From Eukaryota sp. GEM-RC1 (Eukaryota): a stretch of DNA of 64,000 nucleotides. Location: assembly GCA_040285855.1 (NCBI GenBank), contig JAUFOQ010000004.1, positions 1,860,001 through 1,924,000 of the forward strand. The letters are read 5' to 3'. How positions within the stretch are numbered: position 1 is the first letter of the stretch; each line of letters starts with the position of its first letter. The translations under genes were made by a program, and so were the position numbers. Positions 37,587 to 49,300 of this stretch are shown here, one piece after another. The notes beneath the pieces were generated by a model. That model made no database searches. It was not told where the DNA came from and was given only the letters and a program-made list of their open reading frames with translations.

Positions 37587-37939
37587 CTTGATAAATAAGA
37601 ATTCCTTGGATATACATGTAATGTTAACTTCTTTCACTTTAAAAATAAATTCGATATCTTCAAAGATATAGTTTCCACTTAAAAGTTCATGTATAGCTTA
37701 TCAACATGTGTTTGATGTTAGATATAATGTTTGTTGGTCTCCTTCAAAATTATACTTGTGTGTGGTTCTTCTTTAGCCACTTTCAATCATGTGATCAACT
37801 GTCATAAGTCTATTCATTTAGGACCAATCATTCACAACAGTTTAGTGATCAAGGTTTAGAATTGTTTAAGAACAATAGTTTTCATGGGAAAATCAAATCA
37901 GTTTTTAATACGTTGTCTGACTTAATTATGACAGATTAG

Positions 37940-38330
37940 AATAGAGGAGATTTGATTGATTCTTGGTTGTCCCATCCAGGACTAATTATGGACTTTACTA
38001 CAGTTAATCCTTGTAACTCATCTCTCTTAACAATATTTTAGACGAAAAGTAGTAAGCTCTTGGAACTCCTGCAGGGAAAAAATCAGATCTCTTTAGTGAT
38101 TTAATTATCAAAATGAATTCTCGTCGACACAGTTCGTTTGTTTTCCATCATATTGCTATTGCCGTTTACGGTACGTTTGGCTTTTTCGGACAAAAATTTT
38201 CACATCTTTCAGCAAATTGTGTGGGTTGATTGAAAAGAACTTTATTTTATGACAGTTATCGGAAAGAAGGTTGACATGTTCCCTCTTCATAGCATTGATT
38301 AGATATTCAGATTCGATTTTAAACTGTCTC
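37940..38330 (+). mobile_element. Decayed CRE-like restriction-like endonuclease fragment
   Basis: RGDLIDSWLSHPGLIMDFTTVNP matches RGDLIAPFLDSSQVVVDFTTVDP at 63408 onward. Confidence 0.65.
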
Positions 38331-39260
38331 TTTGACTTGGCACAATGAATGTAATATGATGTGGAGTAATTAGTATCTCCGTAGTTAACAATGTCTATAT
38401 TTGAGATTTGTAATTGTCGAAAAGGGGCGTTTTTTCTTAAGCATTAACTGTTCTAGCTTTATCACTCAGCAATTGAAATTTTTTTTATTTTCGAATATAT
38501 GTACGAATATTGCAAAAAAACAATTGAAACCTTTTGTCTTACACTTAAAAATGGTGCCTGGAAGCCAAATTTGTGTCTTCGACTAATGATTATACGATGA
38601 TTTGCTTAATATTTCTATTTGTGTCTGGAATTACAGGACTTCAGCCTCCTTTAGACCTGCTGTTAGTTGAGCGAAATGTTTGTAGTGTCACTCATGAAAT
38701 GTTAAACCATAAGAGGATCGTAAATTGGTAACCACAAAGCCAACACGAGAGAACAATCTTTCATACTCACTACTGTAAGATTATTTAATGCACAAATCCC
38801 AAATAATCGGGCAAGTGTAGGAAACAGAGATCGAAAAAAATATTGTAATATATTTCTACCACAAAAAATGTACAATAAATATATTGGAAAATGTGATGAT
38901 TGCAATAAAAATTGGAATATATTACAATATTTTATGTAAAATTTGGTCTGTGAAAATGTACAAAATTGAGATGTTTTGCTGAAATTTACTGACTGAATCT
39001 CGTTGTGACATATTGCAATAAACCCTTTGTTGCAATAAATATATTGCGCATCAAAAGACATGCAATATTTTTTGCAGAATATTGTATTTCAATATACAAT
39101 TCCTTTGTTTTTTGATCCTCTTGATATAGTTTCAAAATACAACAGATTTTGGTGACAAGTTTCGTTCGCTTTAACAACGCTGTTTCGAGTGAAGAGAAAA
39201 ATGAATCAAAAAGACTTTGTATAAAATCTAACTCTAACATCTTAAAAGGACAACACTACA

Positions 39261-41079
39261 CTAAAGTCCTTGGAATCTACTCATTCTAATTTCTGCTTTC
39301 TTACATCCACCCGCTGCACTCCTCTCAAACCACTGAATAGCTACTTGCAAATCCTTTCTTACACCTTCCCCATCATAATAACACCTTCCAATATTATACA
39401 TCCCAACAAAATCACCCAAATCAGCTGACTTTTGATACCAGTAACTAGCACGGTTCAAGTCTTTAGAAACTCCAGTACCATAGTAGTAACAGTCACCCAA
39501 AGTGTTCATAGCGCCAGAGTTACCAAGATTAACCGCTAAACGTAGCCAATTTGCCCCCGAAAGGAAAGATTGTTCAACTCCTTCACCACGGCAATAACAT
39601 TTTCCCAAGTAAAACATACCAAAGGAGTTTCCTAAATCAGCAGCTTTTTTAAAGTAAAGCAAGGCATGTTCAAAGTTTCTATCAACTCCGTTGCCATTAT
39701 AGAAATACATTCCTAACTTAAACATCGCGTCATCATCTCCTAAATCAGCAGCTTTTTGGAAACATTTGAACTGATTGTTTTCGATTTCGACAGACTCCGA
39801 TTCCCTTTTCATAGAGATGTCCTAAAGCACAATAAGAATCAGCAGTACCAGCTTTTTGAAACAAAAGTACAGCATGTCTAAGATTCTTAGTAACACCTTT
39901 ACCATTAAGATAACAGAATCCTAGACTACACGTGGCATCAGCATGTCCCAAAGCAGCAGCACGCTGAAACCAGTGAATAGCTTGAGAGAAATCATTATTT
40001 AGAAAAGCAGATTCTCCTCTATTAAAAAGATCTTGTGCTGTTCCGTTACCATCAGAACGTCTCATTTCTTGGACAGTTTTCATCACGTCATCAATGGATG
40101 GTCTATTGTTGTGAGTAACATCAACCATGGCTTGGATTAATGGTTGCCAAGGTTCTGGTAACAGACTAAGGTCAATGAGAGCTGAGCCCTGTCTGGTAAT
40201 TCTATCTACTTGAAGGCGGGCAGATATGGAAACGACTTTGGAAGGATCCTTGTTAGTTAGAATTCCCCAGAACAAAACTCCAAGAGAGAAGATGTCAGCT
40301 TCGGTACTGGCTTTGAGACATTTTCCCAAGAGAACTTCAGGTGCCATGTAAGCGACTGTTCCCAGTGTAGATTGAGTTAGAGTGACATCAGATGTACGGG
40401 AATCGTCATAATCTCCAAGTTTGGCGAGAGCAATGGTATCGTTTCTTACGAGAAGCAATACATTTCCAGCGGAAATGTCTCGATGAGCAATACCAGCGGT
40501 ATGAAAAGATAGAAGAGCGGAAGTTATGTCTCCTATGATGATATTGGCTTTGTCTTCCTCAATGAGTGTCTTTGAGTTGAAGAAATCTTGAAGAGAACAA
40601 CTCAGACGTTCTTGTACAACACCAGGAGGATCAAGAGTTAAGCCTAATACATTCACAACGTTACTAGGAGAGTTAAGAGCTTTGAAGGTACGGTATATAC
40701 TTGAAACGGCTTCTTTGACTTTTTCAATGTCTGCTTCAGAATAGAATGGTCTCTTCCAAATGATTTCACGTCCGTCGTAGATACCAACATCAACAGTAGC
40801 GCGTGGTGTACGAGTCATTTGAGAAACTTCTTTAATATGGGAGGCGGGGATGACGTTGTGTTGAAGGACATCACGTATTAGATCTCTAAGTTGATAGTTG
40901 TCTACAACTTGGTGTTGATGGGCTGGGTTTCTGCACGAAGGACAATTCTGTCTTAGCAAGATCCATTGTTGAATACATTCTCTACAAAAGGAATGTCCAC
41001 ATGGCAAAACTACGGGATCAATGAGTAATCCCGTGTGAATTGAACATAAAAAGCCTTCAGGGAGCTCGATTCCAGACAT
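39261..41079 (-). CDS. RING-finger / protein kinase / Sel1-repeat protein, ~605 aa, one frame break near 39760
   Basis: CSIH...PCGHSFCRECI...CPSCR; HRDISAGN, GDYD, YMAPE, DIFSLG; about six Sel1 repeats (LGxCYxxGxGVxKD...WFxKAA). Confidence 0.9.
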
Positions 41080-41449
41080 TTGAAAAGAAAATTTAGAATT
41101 TATTTGAGAAATTTACCTAAAACAAAATGTTTGAAACCTTAGTTCCAAAAACAAAGTTTCTGAAAACCTTCTAATTGAAACCTTCAATTTATTTTTAATG
41201 CAAATCACCCTCAAACTTCTGAAATGTCTTTTTTTGCCATTGTCTTGATACTTTCAGTAACAGATTGGAGCTTAAAGCTACTTTATGCCGCTTGTGAATC
41301 AGAGGGTGATCATCATCTCATAAAAACCTTTACTCCTCCATCTAAACTGTCGTTTCCCACTAAAGTTGCAGGCTTTTTTCTTCAAGAACATTTTTACACA
41401 GAGGGAATCACTAAATCACGGTAAATTGCGGAAAACAAGCTATATGAAT

Positions 41450-42460
41450 TTAACATGGAAGCTCCATCAATGGTTTTAATACCACATTGATAAGGTGAAA
41501 AAACTCATTAGCTTTGTTGGAAATTCTTCCAAAGACAACAGAAGCAAACAGACGATAAATAGCTTCACCGACAGCAATAGGACGGATTGTCTTGTTAGGG
41601 TTAATCAGTGCAACCAAAAGAGAAGCAGACAACTCTTTAAACACTTATTTTTGGAAAATGAAGGTTTGAGAAACTTTGCTTTTGGAACTCAGGTTTGAAC
41701 AACGGTTTTGTGCCTAGGCGAAGTCTCAATTAAATATTATTGTTTGCAAAACAATAGTGTTGACTCAATGTTCAATTTGATGAAACTGGTCCAGCTGAAT
41801 TGTTATTGTTCTATGGTCTTTTGTAAACAGAGTTGTTTGTTTGTCGTCTACAACAAAACCCTGGATTTCTTAATAATGTACCAATATTAATCTTTTCGTT
41901 GTGTACTCATAACGCATCTCTTCTTAAGACCAAATCTAGTTATATCTAATAATCCTCGTTGCCAAACAGTAAATTGATTTTCAAAGCTAGTATATTCTTG
42001 GTCATGTTAAAGTTCTCAGTGGTCAAAAAACCAGTCTTTGAAATAGCATTTAATGAAGCTGCAAAATCATCAGAGATATTTGTTAAAATATTTTGAAAGT
42101 GAGATTCCACAGTTCTTATTTGTCCAAGCAAAAAATTCTGTGTTCACTTTTCTTGTAATCGATACCATATCATTAATGGATTAAACGTTGATAGAACTTT
42201 CAGTAAAAAATTGTCGTTGATATGACTACTGTTGAGGTTTGGCAAAAGTGTAATAAAAGATGCCATAACGAAGTTTCTTCTCTTGACTCCTCAGAATACT
42301 TGAAAAGCAACAAAACCGATGCTCTTAACAGCTCTCAAACATACTAGGGTTGTTGAGTATTAATTATGTCGTTTCCCAATTTCTATTTATGGTCAGCAGG
42401 GTAACAATGCTCACTGATTTTGACAAAGTTGTTTAATATAGAATGAACAAGACATGTGAC
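41450..42460 (-). mobile_element. Decayed CRE-like RT fragment
   Basis: LVALINPNKTIRPIAVGEAIYRLFAS is typical of CRE-clade RTs. Boundaries approximate. Confidence 0.7.
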
Positions 42461-42984
42461 CGTAAGTTTTGGTTGAAACGTATTGTTTTTACAACTCTTA
42501 AACGAATTCATGTCAATATCCCGAATGCTCTCATAGCTCATAGTAATCTCTAGGAAGAAAGAACTGTCGTGAGTTTCAATGACAATGAATGTGGCTTTAA
42601 TGCTTTTAGAGTTCTAGTTTTTGTTTGTATTTCATTGTTCTTGTTCTACAGATACTTCTTGTAGACCCTTTAATACAATTCAAATGCATACACATGTAGA
42701 TTTCTATCGATAATTGTATCTACAATTAAAAATAGCATAATACAAATATAATAACACCAATTCAAATATATTCCCATTTGTTTTTTCAAAAGAAGAAGTG
42801 AACTAGTTGGTATTTAGAATTTTTGAACCGTTTTATGTTGGTGATTTTTCGAAATTTGATTATTCCATGTTGTAATCTTTTAGCAGGAAAGGATGATGTC
42901 GATGGGATTCGTTCTTACTCTGACAGTAATACTGTCTTATTAAAAAAATATCCAAGCGTAAGATAGTTGGCTATAAGGATGATA

Positions 42985-43971
42985 CAGTCTACCCTCCCAA
43001 TATGACCAGGTGTCGGACCAGTCTTATTGGGAGGGTGGACTTATTCGGAGGGTTTGGTTTTTATAGAATGAACAGCGATCGTCGATCGTTTATAACAAAT
43101 AAAACAACAAGCTAAGACAACCGTGAGTCTATTGAAGGGAGAATTGGAGCTGGATCTATCACCAGTTAGGTGAACAGATGTTTGGGGAAAAACAAGGAGA
43201 CATTGTGACAATTTTGATGAATATGAACTGCTACAGAGAGTTTGACCACTGCTTTCAGCTTTTAACAACAGATAACAACTATAGAGAGAAAGTGTAAAGG
43301 CTAAGATCACCAAAGCAATGATCTTGTACAGTATTTCAGATCGCGATAAAAAGAAGGCAATAACTTTCAAAGCGCCTATCTAGGGAGAGGATGAAGTGTT
43401 ATGACTCACAGCAAGCGGATAAGCGTTATTTGGAGGAAAAAATGTTCACCAACATTCAAATAGGAGAGAACTATGAAGGTACGAGTGCACAATAGAATTT
43501 CTGGTGATTGTGATGAAGGAGGAATGCTGAAAAGGCTTTACTGAGGGGGAAGTGACTGTTTTTGAGAGAGCTTCTCTCTCAATCCAATTTTCCTCCACAG
43601 ACAAGACCAAAACATTGTTTGACATGATCTAGAGTGGTTCGAGGGGAGGAGATTATAAGGAATAAGATCTGACCAGAACACGTGAGATTGACTTAGCCAA
43701 GTGATAATTCACAACATGTGAGCCATCAAAGATGTTGTAGCAATAGGATATAGATATGTGAAGTCAAAAATGTGAGTTTTGTTATGAAAACCATCAAAAT
43801 CATGATCGAAAGAGATCACGATAATGTTGACACCGAAGATACGAAAAAAGAAACATGTTTATTTGGAGTAAGGGAATCGGATAAGGGAAGACAAAAAATC
43901 AACAGTGAAAATTTGGTCATAATGGGAGGGTGGACTTATTCGGAGGGTGGTCATATTGGGAGGGTAGACTG
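42985..43971. mobile_element. Non-autonomous Tc1/mariner (pogo-like) DNA transposon, 987 bp
   Basis: 24-bp perfect TIR CAGTCTACCCTCCCAATATGACCA with TA duplication. Subterminal direct repeat TGGGAGGGTGGACTTATTCGGAGGGT near both ends. Confidence 0.92.
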
Positions 43972-45144
43972 TATTTCCATTATTGGTCCCCTTTATTTGT
44001 TAAAAAAAGTCGCTGTGGAAGTGGCTGATATTGATGAAACATTGGGTTTATCTCTGAACCCAGACAAATGTTTATTAATTGGTAGATCTACAAAAGAATT
44101 ATTTATTAATGGAGTTCAGATTCCATTTATCAATTATGTTGAAGACGCTTTTCGTTTTCTAGGATGTTGGCTTGGGAATGTTCCTAAAATTTCTCAAGAA
44201 TTATCTAATTCTTTGGAACAAAATTGGGTCAGAACTCAACACAATTTCTTCATATAATATTGATATAATATTGAAAAACATATTCAGATTATTATTTTTA
44301 AAAATAGCTACTCCGGAAAAATCACACATCTTTTGAGATCTACAGCTCCTTCAACTAATCTGAATTTTTGTAGATCTACTAACGAGTTGAGGATCAATTT
44401 TTTTGCTTCATTGTTAGAAGTTAAATCAACGTTACTTAGAAGTCACTTGTTTACTTTTGCTCATTTTGGTGGTATAGGTTTTACCAAATCGTCAATTATT
44501 TGCAAATCAGGGGGCGAACAAAATTTCATTTTTGAATTTGTTAATCGATTTGCTAATGCTATTTCGCTGATTAACCCCAATTCAAGTAAATATTACTTTG
44601 ACTTAAACGAAGCGTTGATCAAATTACCTGTTGTCGCTTGGTCTCAGTGTTTCCCAGAATCTGTATCTGATATTCCCGAAAGATGTTTGACTAATCCTCA
44701 GTTTTGTCTGAAAAATTACAACCTAAACTTACTAATGTTTTTGAAAGCTTGGATTATAAGGTTCGACTTGGGATGGACAAGGAAAAATATCCCGCTTCTG
44801 CAAATTTCTTAGTAGGTGTTTCTATTAGCTCTGCTTCATGTCTAATTACTCAAATTTCTCAAGTTTACGGTCTTTTTCTTGATGATAATTCTTGGTCATT
44901 GAACATGCGTTTACGGTCATATATTTGGCCTAATAACCTTCCAGACGATTGGAAATGGCAATGTGGGCAATCAGTAATACCTATACATCTATTGGTTTGT
45001 ATCCGTGTTATATAGAGAAATGGTAAATTGACAACTTACCACACAATTTTAGTAAAAACAAAACTTCGACCACGACAACTTTTTCACTTTAAATGAGTCA
45101 TCTTTTCTTATTAAATACTCTGGTTTTGGTTAAAACCAGTCTAT

Positions 45145-45330
45145 TCAATAGACATAGACAATATACGTTGAAATAGAAGAGCAATGTCTTAAACCAATGA
45201 ATATAAGAGATAATACACCTGACATTATCACTTTGCTGTTGATTTTCAAAGCCTCTGCCATTGCTCTAACACCTTCAATCTCTGTAGAGTTTTGATTGAG
45301 TTCAATATTTGTAACATCAGTATTGAGTTT
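45145..45330 (-). pseudogene. LRR gene fragment inside the CRE-like element
   Basis: NIELNQNSTEIEGVRAMAEALKINSKV. Confidence 0.7.
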
Positions 45331-46321
45331 ACACACGCCATCTCCCACACATAATGTCATCGTAATGTTACAAAACTTTCAGTAAGTTCAGTAAGGGATC
45401 AATTATATTGTATGTGGAAATCTTCTGGAATTGTTTCCTTTTTAGAACCAGTTCTGGCTGGTTTGTTTGATGATACGGATGTTGACAAATCGTTTGGAAA
45501 TAGCCGTGGTGATGTCATTTCTCCTGGTCTTGATGGATCTTTCATTATTGCTGATGTTAAATGTCGATGTTTGTAAGGATTCCAACATGAATCTTGCTGA
45601 AACTAATACTAAAAAACCCTCTGTTGATTGGTGAAAAATTTAAAATGGAAAAATATTGTGCTAAATTGAAATGATCAAATTCGGTTTCCCACTCGAATTA
45701 CTTGTTGTACCCTTTTGTATTTTCACTGTGTTATGACACGCGTGTGTTAGAACCATGAAGACTCCTTTTTACTTTGTCTTTTCTTTTCCCCATTGCAATA
45801 AACTAGGTTCCAATACCTTTAGCAATATTTCCGGAACAAAAGGCATCAACTGTACGGTTCTTTAGGTGAATCTGCAACATCATAACTTCAAAACTTTGTG
45901 AAGATTGTAAAACATCTTAGATTTTGGAAAAATCGAATTGTGTTTGCTATCTTTAAATGTATGGTGACTTTTGTTTATCTAGCGCTTTATTATCTCTTGG
46001 CAGACATTAAGAGGATCATGTACGCAATATGGACTTTGAGGATATTGATTATTAGATGTATGTACAGTGTAGTAGTGTTGTCAATCAAAATTGTACACTG
46101 GAAAAAAACTGCTAAATAAGTAAAAAAGAAATACTGGTGACGGGTTGATAGCTTGACAAGAACGATTTGTTGAATATTGATCTATGACAAAATATGATAG
46201 TATTGAATGTGGCCCACCACTTATTCATTCTTCTCGAATAATTTAGGGAACTCTACTGTAATTCGATCCAAAATAGACAATTTATATATAATAGATTATA
46301 ATTTACAAACTTAAAACAACA

Positions 46322-49300
46322 TTACACAAAAGCACTTCTATCAGGGTTGACAGATATCCCAACAAAAGCATCACATAAGGAAATAGTATCAGTAGTTTTA
46401 TGGTACTGACCTCTACCAAGAGCAGCAATCTCTTTTAACCACGATTGTTGAGCACCAGACCCAAATCCAATGGTATGAATGACAGTCTCCGGAAACGCGG
46501 CAATCTGGTGTTCAATAAGATCACGTGTTCTAGAGTGCTCACACCCATCTCCCCCCATCAGAAAGGAAAATGAAAATGGGTTGATGTTTGGAAGTAAGAA
46601 CTTGTTTACAAGTACTTGTTGCCACTTCAAAACCCGTATAGAAACTGGTGCCCCCATCTGCATCTTGGCTACCCAATAAAGACTGTAACTGGGATTGAGG
46701 ATTGCTATCCAGGGAAACACTGGAGTCAATGAGTTGGGCTTCATGGTTGAAGTTAATAAAAGAAAACAAATCACTAGGATTCTGTTGAACTCTCTTTGAT
46801 GTATAGTGATAAATAGCTTCAATCACTGCCCCTAACCTGTTTCTTTGAGTTATCCAAGGCAGTGTTGGTTCTGCAGTGGAACAGCACATTGACCCACTAG
46901 TATCAAAGATAAAGAAAGTATGAAACAATCCTGCAGGATGAGAACAGGGAAACACGTGACCATCCCTAGAGACCCAGCCTTTAGATAGTGACTTTCCTTG
47001 GTAAGGTTCATGGAAGAGTTCAAGCTCACAAAAAACGTCAGAGTTATGGTCAGCACCACATTTTGAAGGACATTTTTGAAGAGCTCAATATCTGATGATT
47101 GAAAGTCGGGATCAAACTCAAGGATACACTCCCAATAAGCTTCACAAGTCACTTCAAAATAGACACAATCCTCACCATATTTTTTCTTTTTCTTGAATAC
47201 GTTTAGCACTTTCAGGAACATTGACAATTTTAGGATGATCTACTGGTACTAAATGGATATGACCTCGACCAAACTCTCTACAGGAATGAGTACAAGTCAA
47301 AGCAATGCCAGAATCACCTCTTCCAAAGGTTCCAATACTTCCAACTTTAACTTTTTGAGCAGATGAAACCAATTTTCTATTTCTCATGTTTCCATGAGTA
47401 CCTGAATGAGGACCTTGGTGGCCAATAGGCTTGGTACAGAAATAGTCACAAGATTCACATCTGAAATCACAGTAATGAATTGCTGCGTCACAATAACAAG
47501 GACCTTCATGAGAAGTGAAAGTTTCAGAAATGACCGCCCCACACTGTTTTTTGGTTGCAACTTGTTCAGAAAATTGTGTGAATTTGATTTGATCGCCAGT
47601 AGAAGTGATATAAACGTCGTCCTCATGTTTCAAACGAGTCAAAACTTCACAATTTCCACTTTTTTGACATTCGTTAGGACAGTTGTGCCAATGTCCACAT
47701 AAGTGCTGGTCAGAGTCAGGCAAATGAAGGTGCTCAGAGATAGCGTCATAACGTGAACAAAGAGGACACTTCTTACCACAGTGATGACGTACATGAGGGA
47801 CATTCAGGAATTCTCGGCAGGGAGCGTCACATCCTTCATGACTACAAGGCTGGTCACAAGGATGAGTTTCATGGGGATTACAAAGAATACAATCGCCAGT
47901 ACAAGCATGATAGCCAAGACATTGGCAAGATCCTTCATGATTAACCAAAAGAGAGCACTCAAGATTACAGCTCATTGACTGTGCATGAATCTGTTGAGTA
48001 CATCTACCTCTACAAAGTCTAAAAGTTATAGTTAAAATGTCCAATGACATTTGAACTTCATTTGATAGTCTAGTAAAAACGGATTCTGTATAATAACCAG
48101 ATGACTTAGCATTAAACCACTGAGTTATGGCTTCTTTACGACGAATCAAAAGTGCAGCAAGAAATGAGTCAAATAACATTTGGTCAGCACGGTGGTTTTG
48201 AATAAGAACACGTGCTTCGAATAATTCAATAAGTCGTTGTAAAATAAGGTGACGGTAATCAACGTCACTTGATTGAAGGGAGTTTGGCACACCAAGAATC
48301 ATTCCACTATCAGGCAAATTACTGAGCTCAATACAATCTGAGCTATTTACAGTTAAGCCACCTGGTGCTGTTAATCGATTTCTTTGATTTTGATTGATTG
48401 GTAGAGGTATAGTCAGACTGTCATAATTAGGATAATCATTATCGGGTTCAGCTTCATCTAACCAGTCGTCAAGAACTTCTGAAGGTGTAGAAACAACATC
48501 TGAATTTAGTTGTGAAGGACCAATCAATCCCGCAGCAATGACGTCATGTAACGACGACTCCACGTCATCTACTTGTTGTCGCATGATGGATTGAGATAGA
48601 GGTGAAAAGTCCTGGACATAAAGTTTTGCTAAAAGGAGTGTCGCAATTTGATGAAATTCAGGTGCATTTTGAAACCTAGGTTTTTCCTCATTCACCTTAT
48701 CCAACAAAAAGCCAATAGCTTCACTATACTTTGAAAACGATCCGTAACTAGGCCAGGGAATAAATTCAGTAGTAGGAAAGATTGAAAGCACGTGGCGATG
48801 TTCACCATTTTTAAACCGCAGAGATGAAGTCCAAAATGATTCAAAATCGGTGGAGAAACTTTCAATAACTTCTTCAATCGCGTCGTCAGATACATCTCTT
48901 GGAGTCATTAAGAGAGTTCCTTTGAAAAGTTCGTCTCCTTCTGCTAAGCCAAGTGAAGCGTCTGCCCAACTATTTAAACAGTTTTGAGTGAGTCGATCAA
49001 AATGATGAGTTGTTCGTAAAACAAAGTATTGAGCTAGAGCTGCTCCAAATATTGCTTGATATGATTGCCCTTGAGCTGTTCTCTCAAAACTATCCAAGCC
49101 TTCTAGATCGATTGCAATCCACATTCTACCAGCAATAACACGAACTCCAAACCAAACACCTTGAGTTGTTCTACCTCCACTCACATCAAAGAAATGATTA
49201 AACATGTGATTAAGGAAAGTGCTTTTTCCAGAAGATTGACCGCCGGCACATACAATAACAGAGACTGGAAGATGTGAATAAGCTGCAAACAACAACTCAA

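Larger units (their letters stand above)
42880..46050 (+). mobile_element. Decayed CRE-like non-LTR retrotransposon (RT C-half, zinc knuckle, REL endonuclease) with nested insertions
   Basis: IVGYKDD|ISIIG, LGLSLNPDKC, FRFLGCWLG, QCGQ...HLLVC, VRDQLYCM...LEP...RGDVI...IADV, FWKNRIVFAIFK. Confidence 0.8.

Noticed and set aside
38820..39125. Cluster of ATATTGCA-like words resembling hAT subterminal repeats
   Set aside because: No convincing TIR pair or TSD; at most an old relic.
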